DNA of 64,000 nucleotides from Candidatus Babeliales bacterium (GTDB lineage Bacteria; Babelota; Babeliae; Babelales; Vermiphilaceae): NCBI GenBank assembly GCA_963743635.1, contig CAVUQO010000003.1, positions 608,001 to 672,000 of the forward strand, read 5' to 3'. Shown piece by piece: positions 7,718 to 17,605 of this stretch (position 1 is its first letter; each line of letters starts with the position of its first letter). The notes under the pieces were generated by a model. It saw only the letters and a program-made list of their open reading frames with translations, ran no database searches and was not told where the DNA came from. The position numbers and the translations under genes were made by a program.

Positions 7718-10462
7718 TCACTGGAAGTTATATTCCTTGCAGCGGCGGTTGACGGAAGAGCGGTTGACGCCGAGAAATGCGGCGATTTGATTTTGGTTTT
7801 TGAATTTGTTCCAGAGTATCGTCATCGTCTTATGATCGCGCAGCGCATGTTTGCCCATGCGGGCTGCTTGGATGAGTGTTGGATCGCTCACCGTATATGC
7901 TGGATCAAATTGAGTTTCTTGGTAGATATGATTCTTTTTTGATTTATCGATGAGTAGTTGTTGAATACGTTTTTTCAATGCAGTTAAACTTACTGGACGT
8001 TGATGCGCAAGTTTGTTTTTTTCGCTCGGCGTGAGCTCAAAGAGCGTTTTGAAATCGTTGACCGTGAGTGCTTGCTGTGTAAAGCCATCAGCGAGTGCGT
8101 GCAGTTCGTCTTCAGGCAGTGTCAGCAAAGATGGCATGGAGAGAGTTGTTCTTTTTAATTCGTTAAACAGTGCTTTGGAGAAGATACCTTCTTGTACGAG
8201 CGCTTGTAAATTATGATTCGTCGAACAAATGACGCGCACATTACTCGCGGCGTGCGTATCACTTTTGAAGGTGCGATAGAATCCTGTTTTAAGAAACTCT
8301 GCCAAATATTCCTGCGTTTCAAGATTCATGAAATGCACATTTTCGATAAAGAGGGTGCCCGTAGTACTCAGTTTTTCAAGAAGCGGTTGCACACCATTTT
8401 CTATGCCGAGCATAGGATTTATACCGAATAATTTGATAGCAAGATCAAAATTGGTATTTGGGTAGTGCAATTTTATGACGTGCAGCTGTTCGCGCAGATT
8501 AATGTGATGCAATATTTCTACCGTTGCGAGAAGGTCATCTTCCGGCATATCGAGTAAAATTGCTTTTTTGGTGAGCGCAACTTGCAACAGTTCGATTTTA
8601 AAATTCAGGAGTATTTCACCAGATCCTGGAATGAGCTGATTGATGAGCCTTCCCGATTCGGTAGTTTCTAAATAGAGTAAATAATCCCACGTGGTAGGAT
8701 CTTGGAGTAAATCAATTTGTTTGGAAATAATATCGGATATATCGGGCCGGCAGATGGTGATGATAACATTATTATGCTCAAGATTGGGAACTGCGGAGAT
8801 GACGAGCTTGTTATCCGTTTGATCCTGCGTGAGTGCCGTTTGCGGCGCCTTATATTCCTCCACTTGGTGTGCGATGTGCCGTAGCGTTTTGGTGAGTGGG
8901 TGACCTTCTTGTTGGTTGAGGTTGATGTTGATCAAATCTTTAGCGATTTTGTTGCCGTAAATAAAACGGCGATTCTTATAAAACAGAATACCAATCTCTT
9001 TTTGCTTTGAATTACGCAGGAATGAACGCATGCTTTCTTTATATTGATTAATTTCTTGGTGTTTTGCATAGAGCTCTTCCTTGAGGAGCTTTTCTTGCTG
9101 AATGAGCCCATCAACACTGCGGTTTTGCAGTAGATTAATACTTTTTCCTAAGTAACTCGCAAAGACAAGCATTTCGTCGTGCTCAACATTGCCATAAAAT
9201 TCATGCTCACGCGCATGCCGTTCGACGATTATATAGGCGATAATTTTATTGTGTTCAAAGATGGGAATGAAGATATCCGCATTAATTGATTCAAGAAAGT
9301 TAAGGATGATCGTACGCGTCGGTTTTTGCTCGTAAAAATTACTGAAGGCTATTTCATCATGGATAAGTACTTTCATGCGGTTAATATAATCGCAGACCGC
9401 TTCATCATGCGTAGTCATGAACTGCTCTACAAACGCCTCGAGTTTTGAAGTTTCTCCGGATATTGTTGATTGCGCGACGTGGTTGAGGTTGCGAATCGAA
9501 AGTGCTGTTTTATTGCGAGGTATGTCAAAGGCGTTCTTGAAAAAATGCTGCGTCACTTGTCCGAGTTCATTGAGGGTTGTTGCCTGACTGAGCTGCTCAA
9601 GTACCTCTTTGAAATCATCGATGAAATCAAAATGGCGCGTTGACTGAACGTGATTTTTAAAATTAAGAAAGCGTAATCCTATTACATTTTTTATGCCGTA
9701 ATAAATGGCATACGTTATTAGGATTGTGGAAACGCTGACGATGGCATACAAATTTCCTTGCAGAAGGCCCCTAAAATTAAACTGACATGCTTGGAGTGTT
9801 TCGGTGATGGTATATGGTAATACCAGATATAAGGTGAAGATGCGGAGTTGTTTTTGCAGGATTTTGGGCACTTGTGATTTGCGTATGGTGCGTACTGCGG
9901 AAATAAGGATAGGCAGGGTGATGCATACCAGCAGATATATTGCGACGATGCGCATCATAAATGCTTCAAGGGGCAGGTTAGGATCAAGCATGGGAAGGCG
10001 AAAGGCTTCTCCACGCTCAGCTTTCGATATTCCGTTGGCAAAAAAAATGGCGAGCATCAAAAAATAGGCGCCGAATGCAGCACTGATGAGCGAGAATGTT
10101 TTATGAATTCTATTGAGCCGAAATGTTTTGGTTGAAAGACTCTCAATTAATAAGGCGAGTGATTGATATTGCAGTATGAGAAATGTCCATGATATTCGTA
10201 CGAAAAAGGTATATACCCCATATGGCATATCGGGAAAAGCGAGCTGACGCGCAAATTTTACGATCCATGCGAGATCACCAAACATTGAGCCGATGAGAGT
10301 GCAGAGCAAGAAGAGCCATGGTTTATTGAGCGGAGTGGTACGCAAACCTTGAGGTATAATTAATTTGAGCAAATAGGTTTTGACGGCAAAAGAAATTAAA
10401 GTTGCGGTCATGATGAATCCAGGACTCGCTAAGATACGATAGATTTCTTCGATGAATATCAT
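7718..10462 (-). CDS. 7TM sensor - GAF/PAS-like - degenerate sigma54-interaction AAA - Fis-type HTH transcriptional regulator (copy 1)
   Basis: Seven hydrophobic segments in the first ~260 aa; GTLFIENVH, NVRVICSTN and LFNEL remnants of NtrC-type AAA; C-terminal [22 protein letters not shown]. Confidence 0.8.
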   Translation of the reverse strand: MIFIEEIYRILASPGFIMTATLISFAVKTYLLKLIIPQGLRTTPLNKPWLFLLCTLIGSMFGDLAWIVKFARQLAFPDMPYGVYTFFVRISWTFLILQYQSLALLIESLSTKTFRLNRIHKTFSLISAAFGAYFLMLAIFFANGISKAERGEAFRLPMLDPNLPLEAFMMRIVAIYLLVCITLPILISAVRTIRKSQVPKILQKQLRIFTLYLVLPYTITETLQACQFNFRGLLQGNLYAIVSVSTILITYAIYYGIKNVIGLRFLNFKNHVQSTRHFDFIDDFKEVLEQLSQATTLNELGQVTQHFFKNAFDIPRNKTALSIRNLNHVAQSTISGETSKLEAFVEQFMTTHDEAVCDYINRMKVLIHDEIAFSNFYEQKPTRTIILNFLESINADIFIPIFEHNKIIAYIIVERHAREHEFYGNVEHDEMLVFASYLGKSINLLQNRSVDGLIQQEKLLKEELYAKHQEINQYKESMRSFLRNSKQKEIGILFYKNRRFIYGNKIAKDLININLNQQEGHPLTKTLRHIAHQVEEYKAPQTALTQDQTDNKLVISAVPNLEHNNVIITICRPDISDIISKQIDLLQDPTTWDYLLYLETTESGRLINQLIPGSGEILLNFKIELLQVALTKKAILLDMPEDDLLATVEILHHINLREQLHVIKLHYPNTNFDLAIKLFGINPMLGIENGVQPLLEKLSTTGTLFIENVHFMNLETQEYLAEFLKTGFYRTFKSDTHAASNVRVICSTNHNLQALVQEGIFSKALFNELKRTTLSMPSLLTLPEDELHALADGFTQQALTVNDFKTLFELTPSEKNKLAHQRPVSLTALKKRIQQLLIDKSKKNHIYQETQFDPAYTVSDPTLIQAARMGKHALRDHKTMTILWNKFKNQNQIAAFLGVNRSSVNRRCKEYNFQ

Positions 10463-10494
10463 TTTTATTGATCTTGTGTTATGGTCCCGTTATA
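10463..10494 (-). promoter_or_regulatory. Conserved leader/promoter of regulator copy 1: TATAACG-N12-AAGATCAATAAA-N-ATG
   Basis: Identical motifs and spacing upstream of copy 2 (15436-15467). Confidence 0.6.
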
Positions 10495-10639
10495 CTACTA
10501 CGCAAATTGTATAGAAGTATTAACACTAAAAACGCAATATGTTAAGCATTAACTATTTTTGGGTATTACTTTCTAGTGTTGGAAAAATTGTATTGGTGAT
10601 GTATTCAATGTTTTGGTTATAACCTTAGGGGATATTATT

Positions 10640-10762
10640 ATGATAAATCGTAAAAAATTATTGAGACTTGGATATGTGATTGTGTTCTTTAATGTGGGAT
10701 GTGCATTCGCAGCATGGCCGCCACCACCAGATGATGCTCCTCAGATGAATATCCAAAAGTAA
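10640..10762 (+). CDS. Small secreted peptide precursor 1, MINRKKLLRLGYVIVFFNVGCAFAAWPPPPDDAPQMNIQK (40 aa; not in ORF track)
   Basis: AGGGGA RBS, basic N-region plus hydrophobic core plus AFA cleavage motif, hairpin terminator directly after; divergent from regulator copy 1. Confidence 0.7.
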   Translation: MINRKKLLRLGYVIVFFNVGCAFAAWPPPPDDAPQMNIQK

Positions 10763-10778
10763 CAAAACATAAAAAATA

Positions 10779-10820
10779 AAAAAACTGCACTGTAGATTTG
10801 AGTCTACGGTGCAGTTTTTT
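10779..10820. terminator. Bidirectional intrinsic terminator
   Basis: AAAAAACTGCACTGTAGA / TCTACGGTGCAGTTTTTT inverted repeat between convergent genes. Confidence 0.8.
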
Positions 10821-10830
10821 AATAGCTTTA

Positions 10831-10874
10831 CCCATTCGATACCTCGCTTCGCTTGGTCCTCAGGGCGAACGGGG
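10831..10874 (+). repeat. REP-like element, family A
   Basis: CCCATTCGA...CCTCAGGGCGAACGGG ends shared with other copies. Confidence 0.75.
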
Positions 10875-10915
10875 AATAAATATCTTTTTTGCGCTGTTTC
10901 TTAGATGAGTCCACC

Positions 10916-12262
10916 TCAACTCACCACCACCGGCACCAAGGCACTTTCTCCACCGAGCGAGCTCACGGCACTCACAAAGAGGTTGTTGCCACTATCGCCA
11001 GCGGGTACGAATGCATTAAACGTGAGTGGTGATGTTGCAAGCACGTTCCCCACCAGCGTGGTGCCGTTATAAATATTGTATGACGTTACGTCAGGCGTTA
11101 CGCTCGCAGTCCAGGTGATGGTCAGCATGCGCGCCGTTTGCAACAGGAATACATTATTTTTGCGCACGCCAACAACATTCGTTGGTGCGGCAACTCCCGC
11201 CGAGGGGATCACTTGGCCAGTTACCGCTAGTGCATACGCACCTCCACTGACTGCGATCGGCGTTCCTGCTAATGGTGAGCCCACCGTAATTGGCGTAACG
11301 GTATTATTACTATTATTACCAGTTGCGACGTATACCGTTCTACCATCAAGAGAAATTGCAATATTTTCTAAATTCTTAGATATATTAGACACCCCCATAA
11401 TGGTACTGGTTACACTCGGCGTCAGCAAGGTAAGATCAATAACACTCACCGTTCCATCACCCAGATTGGTTACATACGCATAATGATTATCAGGGGTTAT
11501 GGCAATGCCATAAGGAGAAGTACCAACCGAAATAGGATAGCCCGCAGGCGCAGGCGAAAGATCAAACGGTTGTACTTCATTTTTGCCAGCGAAAACGACA
11601 TACGCAGTATCAGTAGCCGTATCAATCGCAACACCAAATGGAAATGAAGTATCAGGATTGGATTGATAGTATGTCTGATTCAATGTTAAAAGATCAACTT
11701 TGTAAAATCCGTATGCATACTGGCTCAGGGATATTTGAATAAGAAGCGTTATATAGGCAACATGATTACTAATGACCAAGCCGCCAATCTCCTCTTCTTG
11801 CCCCACCAATGGATTAGTAAGAACAGTAACAGATCCCAGAATAGGCGCTGATGGATCTGCGATATTCACTGGCACAAGAATTGCTGCATTTCCCAGATCT
11901 AATCCTGCTATATATGCGGTTGTTCCATCAATGGCTATAGCTTCGGGGATAAGGGGAATACCACTTAAATCCGTAGTACTCACAATGTTATTGGTGGCAA
12001 TATCAATTGCTAGTAACGTGTTATGATTATTATCAATCATGTATGCGGTTTTATTATCCGTTGATATCGCGACCCCGACAAGATTCGCACTATTGGGCAC
12101 TGCGAACGGCGAGCCGGCAATGGGAGCGCCCGTTGCTTGATCAATTACCGAGAATGATGAACTTGTGCCATTGGCCACATACACAAACGGTGCGGCATCG
12201 ACTGCTTGCCAAGAAATGAGTAGTGATATGCTGAGTACAATAAGAGATTTTTGTACGTTCAT
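10916..12262 (-). CDS. Secreted YVTN/YncE-type beta-propeller protein with C-terminal FN3-like domain
   Basis: Signal peptide from MNVQKS; YVAN, PYGIAITPDNHYAYVTNLGDGTVSVID; C-terminal TITWTAS..SYNIY. Confidence 0.8.
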   Translation of the reverse strand: MNVQKSLIVLSISLLISWQAVDAAPFVYVANGTSSSFSVIDQATGAPIAGSPFAVPNSANLVGVAISTDNKTAYMIDNNHNTLLAIDIATNNIVSTTDLSGIPLIPEAIAIDGTTAYIAGLDLGNAAILVPVNIADPSAPILGSVTVLTNPLVGQEEEIGGLVISNHVAYITLLIQISLSQYAYGFYKVDLLTLNQTYYQSNPDTSFPFGVAIDTATDTAYVVFAGKNEVQPFDLSPAPAGYPISVGTSPYGIAITPDNHYAYVTNLGDGTVSVIDLTLLTPSVTSTIMGVSNISKNLENIAISLDGRTVYVATGNNSNNTVTPITVGSPLAGTPIAVSGGAYALAVTGQVIPSAGVAAPTNVVGVRKNNVFLLQTARMLTITWTASVTPDVTSYNIYNGTTLVGNVLATSPLTFNAFVPAGDSGNNLFVSAVSSLGGESALVPVVVS

Positions 12263-12394
12263 TTTTTTCCTTTTTTTGTTAGGGGTTATCTTCAAAATAT
12301 ATTTACCATTAAACGTACTGAGAATATACAATATTCGTTCCTCGTGCCGGATTCAATTATTACTAACCATTGCTTAGATGCGATCGCCCTCATT

Positions 12395-12551
12395 CCCCGT
12401 TAGCCCTAGTCCTGAGCTTATCGAAGGGTCGAATCGGTACAGAGTAAGATGATTTACACTATCTAAACCATGCAACGTTTATGTATCCCCGTACCCATTC
12501 GAGACATTTTTCATTTCGCTTTGCTTATGAAAAACCCTCAGGGCGAACGGG
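12395..12551. repeat. REP-like family A inverted doublet (12395-12428 and 12494-12551)
   Basis: 12494-12551 matches the reverse complement of 55023-55080 with one mismatch in 58 bp. Confidence 0.8.
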
Positions 12552-12618
12552 TTAAAGTAACTTTTTATTATTTTAAATTATAATTGCTGCAGCGCTTGTT
12601 TAACAAATTACGATGTTC

Positions 12619-12662
12619 AAAGAAAATGCACCGTAGATTCAATACCTACGGTGCATTTTCTT
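12619..12662. terminator. Intrinsic terminator after regulator copy 2
   Basis: AAGAAAATGCACCGTAG / CTACGGTGCATTTTCTT perfect stem; similar to 10779-10820. Confidence 0.8.
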
Positions 12663-12715
12663 TATAGCTTTAGCGTACCAGAAATACAAGCTATATATTA
12701 TTTGTATGGCCTCGA

Positions 12716-15435
12716 TTATTCCAAATTATATTCTTTGCAGCGGCGATTCACCGATGAGCGATTAACGCCCAGGAATGTTGCAATCTTACTTTGATTTTCA
12801 AATTTGCGCCAGAGCATGGTGAATATTTTGCGATCTTTGAGCGCCTGTTTGCCAAGGCGCGAAGCTTCAATAAGATCAGGATCGGAAACTTCATACGCAG
12901 GATCAAATTCAGTTTCATTATAAATATTGTTCTTCTTGGATTTTGCAACGAGTAAGTGCTGTACCTTATTTTTCAGTTCATGCAAACTGGTCGGACGGCT
13001 ATGGATGAGTTTAATTTTTCACGATCGGTGAATTCAAGGAAATTCTTCAAATCGTCCGTTTTGATTGCTTGTTCGGTCAATCCATCAGCCAAGCTGGGCA
13101 ATTCATTTTCAGGCAAGGTAACGAGCGATGGCATTGCTAGAGAGGTGCGAGATAACTCATTAAAGAGGGTCGCAGAGAACTTTTGTTCACGCACGAGCGT
13201 TTGTAAATCTTGATTGGTTGAGCAGATAATGCGTACCGTAGTTGGAATGCGTTGCTCGCTTTTCACGCGGCGATAGAAGCCATACCGAATCAATTCAGCC
13301 AAATATTCTTGGCTTTCAGAATCAAGGAAATGAATGTTCTGAATAAAGAGGGTAGCCATTATCGGCGAGTGTTCCAAGATAGGTTTTTGTTCTTGCGGAT
13401 GGCCAAAAAGAGTGGATTGATGCCAAAGAGTTTGATCGCAATTTCGCATCGTAGTGCAAGGGCCGCTCAATTTGAGCATGTGCAAGCGTATCGCGCAGAC
13501 TGATATGGTGAATGATTTCAACGGTTGGCATCAAGATCTTCATCATTCATTTCAAGCAAAATAGCTTTTTTACTGAGCGCGGTTTTTAGAAGTTCGATTT
13601 TAAAGTTTAAAAGCGTTTCACCAGTCCCAGGAATAAGCTGATTAATAAGTTGTCCTGATTTGGTAGTCTCAAGATAGAGCAAATAATCCCATTGCGTTGG
13701 ATCTTTTAAATGATCGATCTGTTTTTTCAAAATGTCTGAAATTTCAGGATGGTATACGGTGATGATGATATTATTTTGTTCGAGATTGGGTACGCCTGAA
13801 AATACGATCTTATTGCCCGCTACGTCATAGGTAATACAACTTTGGGGCGATTTATACTCTTCAACCTGGCGCGCAATATGGCGGGCAGCTTTGGTCAGTG
13901 CATGGCCTTCTTGGGTATTGATGTTAATTTTAATGAGATCTTTTGCGGCCTTATTGCCAAAAATGAACCGGCGATTTTTATAAAAGAGAATACCGATCTC
14001 TTTTTGTGGTGAATTGCGCAGGAATGAACGAATACTTTCTTTATACTGATTCACTTCTTGATGCTTGCGATACAGCTCTTCTTTGAGCTCTTTTTCGTGA
14101 TGCATGAGTGATTCAAGGTTGCGATGCTGCATAAGGTTGATGATGTTCGCCAGATAGCTGCCAAATACAAGCATTTCGTCGCGCTCAACGTTACTATAAA
14201 ACTGTTCAGGCCGCGCGCCACGATCGACGACTAAGTAACCAACCAAACGTTGTTTTTGATAAATAGGAAGGAAGATATCAGCATTAATTGTTTCAAGAAA
14301 TTGCAGCATCAGGTTACTGATATCGCTTTTTTCATAGAAGTTACTAAAAGCAATCTCATCATGAATGAGAATTCCTTCATTTTTAAGTACTGTTTCAAAG
14401 CGTTGACTATGGGTGCTCGATAAAGTTTTCCACCAATGTTGCAGTAGTATTCACGTAAAACGGATGCCCTTCATTCATTTCAGATTTTTCAATATGCCGT
14501 ACGAATAGCATCGTTTTATTGAGGGGCACATTAAACGCCTCTTTAAAATAGGTCTGTGTAATATGGCGCAAGCTTTGTTCATTCGTCGCATGACTCAATG
14601 ATTCAAGCACCTGCTTAAAGCCGTCGACAAAATGAAACTGACGCGGAATTTCTACATGCCGCTTTAAATTCAAGAACCTGAGGGACATCATACGCCGCGA
14701 ACAGTAATAGATGGCATAGGTCAGAATGATGGTTGATATACTAACCGCTGCATAACTATTGGTAATCCAGGTAGGATGAAAAACGAGCGGATATACTTGA
14801 ATTAGATCGGTGATCCAAAAAGGGATAATAAATACTTGGGTAATAATGCGTGCTTGTGTTGAAAGAATGCGTGGTGAATTATTAGAACGCAGTTTGCGAA
14901 ATACCAGAAAAAGACTGAAGGGAATAAGAAAAATAGAGAGAAAAAATGATTGATATTTACGCACTTCAAATTCTATTGGTGGCCGTGCGGCTGAATTGAG
15001 ACAATTAATATCGTAAAAAGCAAGACCAACTACAAACATGAAGAAACAACTACTCAATAAAATAGAGAGTTTTTGGCGAATGTTAAATTCGTTTTTTTGT
15101 TCAGTTAAATTCTCTATAAAGATCGATAGGGATTGATAGAGAATTCCTGTAAAAGCCCATGCTAAACGAATGATGAACAGCTTTGCGGAATATGGTATTG
15201 CAGGAAATATGAGCTGCCGTGTCAATTCAATTATCCACGCAAAATCACTGATTGCAGCGCTGCCTAGGATAATTAACAATAAGTACCATGGCTTTTTATT
15301 AGTAGGCGAAATATTTTTTTGTAGCACCAGCGTGGCAAAGATGCCAATTTTTAATAAAAATGAGCATGAGGTAATAGCCAGTAATAAATACTGATTACCG
15401 ATGGTGCATTCGAGAAAATCGAGAAAATGTGTCAT
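12716..15435 (-). CDS. 7TM-GAF/PAS-degenerate AAA-HTH regulator copy 2, split by several frameshifts (probably assembly indels; pseudogene not excluded)
   Basis: Fragments 14407-15435, 13518-14309, 12973-13521 and 12716-12985 are collinear with copy 1 ([41 protein letters not shown]). Confidence 0.75.
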
Positions 15436-15467
15436 CTTTATTGATCTTATAAAAGGTTGTCGTTATA
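15436..15467 (-). promoter_or_regulatory. Conserved leader/promoter of regulator copy 2
   Basis: TATAACG-N12-AAGATCAATAAA-N-ATG, as in copy 1. Confidence 0.6.
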
Positions 15468-15523
15468 ATATAGTTCATACTGTAAATTAATTTAGTTTTA
15501 AAACCCCCACACAGGAGAACTGT

Positions 15524-15628
15524 ATGTCTAAGTTAATCACATTGATTAGCAAGATAAGCAGAGCACATGTTGCTTTAGTTTTATCGGTTGTTGCCTATTT
15601 GCTAGGTGATTATCCACCAGGCGATTAA
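15524..15628 (+). CDS. Small peptide precursor 2, MSKLITLISKISRAHVALVLSVVAYLLGDYPPGD (34 aa; not in ORF track)
   Basis: Strong AGGAG RBS at 15513-15517; hydrophobic core and short YPPGD tail; divergent from regulator copy 2. Confidence 0.7.
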   Translation: MSKLITLISKISRAHVALVLSVVAYLLGDYPPGD

Positions 15629-15710
15629 TCTAACCTCAATCTACCATAAAAAGCGGCGTTTGTCTTATAACAATGCCGAATAAGAGAGTTTTTATGATGA
15701 AGAATTCTAT

Positions 15711-16388
15711 GTGAAACAGTCGATAGCTCAAAAGCGTCAGAAAGCTGTTGCCATTGTAACAATGTTACGAAAAGCGACGGCGAATATGGAAAAACCGGCT
15801 GTTTCACATGTGGTCCAGGCCTATGGACGCGATCCATACCTCATCCTTATCAGCTGTTTGCTGAGTCTTCGGGCCAAAGATACGGTATCCCTACCGATAG
15901 CCCTCAAGCTGTTCAAGTTGGCAAAAACGCCCCAAGAAATCGTTAAAATCCCCCGTCACGAGCTTGAAAAGCTATTTTTCTCCATTGGCTATTATCGCCA
16001 AAAGGCCAAAGCGGTCCATGAAGTGAGTCAAGAACTCATTGAGCGATTCGATGGCAAAGTTCCCAAAACACAAAAAGAATTACTCTCTCTGAAGGGAGTC
16101 GGCATCAAAACGGCCAATCTTGTTTTGGGTGAGGCATTTGGTATTCCTGCCATTTGCGTGGATATCCATGTCCATCGCATCTCAAATCGCCTCGGGTTAG
16201 TGGAAACTAAGACTGCCGAGGAAACCGAGGTAGCGCTCCAAGAGATCCTACCCAAAGAATATTGGATTGAATTTAATTATCTTTTGGTGACCTGGGGGCA
16301 GAATATCTGCGTTCCCGTTTCCCCGTTTTGCTCACGCTGCGTGCTGAGCGATATTTGTCCGAAAAAGGGCGTCATCCGGCGGCGTTAA
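15711..16388 (+). CDS. nth: Endonuclease III
   Basis: HhH LKGVGIKTAN, VDIHVHRISNRLG, C-x6-C-x2-C-x5-C Fe-S motif. Confidence 0.92.
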   Translation: MKQSIAQKRQKAVAIVTMLRKATANMEKPAVSHVVQAYGRDPYLILISCLLSLRAKDTVSLPIALKLFKLAKTPQEIVKIPRHELEKLFFSIGYYRQKAKAVHEVSQELIERFDGKVPKTQKELLSLKGVGIKTANLVLGEAFGIPAICVDIHVHRISNRLGLVETKTAEETEVALQEILPKEYWIEFNYLLVTWGQNICVPVSPFCSRCVLSDICPKKGVIRRR

Positions 16389-16930
16389 CTTGGTTTAACG
16401 ATCGCTTTTAAATATTTTTGTATACACTCCACTAAATGCTCACGACTATGGGTCTGCGTGATTGTTGATGCACGTTGCAGTGTCATGGTGTAGTTGAAGG
16501 CGATATCGTCTTCCGTATTCGTTGTGTGGACTGATATTGCTTGGAGCCCGCGCAAAGTATGCCATCCGAGGCATAGATCGCCGAGCCCTTGAGCAAGTAA
16601 TCGTGCGTGTCTATTTGCATCTGAGGGAAATGTATTCTCAATCGTTGTGTCTGAAGGTTCCATAGGATAGCCGGTATTTTTGAGTGCGAGGATCGCTGCA
16701 TGCGCAATGATTGTATGGTCAGTAGTTGATGGTAATGCATATTGGGTTTGTCTACCGCCACGTGCGACCGCCACAAAATGTTGTGCGAGTGCATTGGTTT
16801 GCGGATTGTGTCCGTGCTCAGTGAGTCTTGTTTCTATTTCGTTAAATGTGGGTGTTGATGTTCCGGGCATAGCGAGTACGCGCGATGCGTATAGTAATAG
16901 TACCGATAGCGTACGAAAGTGGTAATTCAT
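16385..16930 (-). CDS. Hypothetical secreted protein
   Basis: GGGGAC RBS before MNYHFR; signal peptide ending VLA-M. Confidence 0.6.
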   Translation of the reverse strand: MNYHFRTLSVLLLYASRVLAMPGTSTPTFNEIETRLTEHGHNPQTNALAQHFVAVARGGRQTQYALPSTTDHTIIAHAAILALKNTGYPMEPSDTTIENTFPSDANRHARLLAQGLGDLCLGWHTLRGLQAISVHTTNTEDDIAFNYTMTLQRASTITQTHSREHLVECIQKYLKAIVKPS

Positions 16931-17076
16931 CAGTGTCCCCCCTGATATGAAATATACATATAGGATCAACGTACATGATTGCTGAGAGCGGTGTAAAGGG
17001 TAGAAGCAATTCGGTGGGTTTTAAACCCGTTGTGTTGCGCAGAACTTAATGCGGAATCCCTGAGTTGCACAGATTT

Positions 17077-17583
17077 TTAATTCTGCACATTTTCGTAAAT
17101 GGTAATAAAAATTTCATCGTGAGTCACTTTAACATCGGCGTTCCATTTTTTTGGTTGTTCCGCACTCGTAACGCCATCACCCAATACGGGTGCAGATGTG
17201 GGTGGAGATGCGCTCTGTTGCGATGTCTGAAGAAGTAATTCGCGATATCGTTGATATGCGCTGAGAAGTTCATTGGTCCGATTCGCAGTCTGACCTGTCG
17301 GAACAATAAGATATAGTTCTGCGGCTACGCTGAGTTTGTCCTCCTCGCGGCAGAGTCTATCGAACAATCTGAGATAGGGATTATTGAGAGTTAGGCTGAG
17401 CGATTCGGGTAATCTTGGGTAATTACAGTCCTCGAAGTGATGCAAAATACGAGATACGCTTTCATCATAGTTCGGCACGTCTTGATTTACACTGGTGTTT
17501 TGCGTGGTCATGGATTGGTTATTCATGGCATGCGTTACCTGCATACTGACGCTCAATAGCAGTGCGAATAAGATTATGTGCAT
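17077..17583 (-). CDS. Hypothetical secreted protein
   Basis: AGGA RBS; signal peptide ending THA-M. Confidence 0.65.
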   Translation of the reverse strand: MHIILFALLLSVSMQVTHAMNNQSMTTQNTSVNQDVPNYDESVSRILHHFEDCNYPRLPESLSLTLNNPYLRLFDRLCREEDKLSVAAELYLIVPTGQTANRTNELLSAYQRYRELLLQTSQQSASPPTSAPVLGDGVTSAEQPKKWNADVKVTHDEIFITIYENVQN

Positions 17584-17605
17584 AGTATCCTATACATCAA
17601 AAATG

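Noticed and set aside
10463..10640. Sigma54 -24/-12 promoter for the peptide genes
   Set aside because: No TGGCAC-N5-TTGC match upstream of either peptide.
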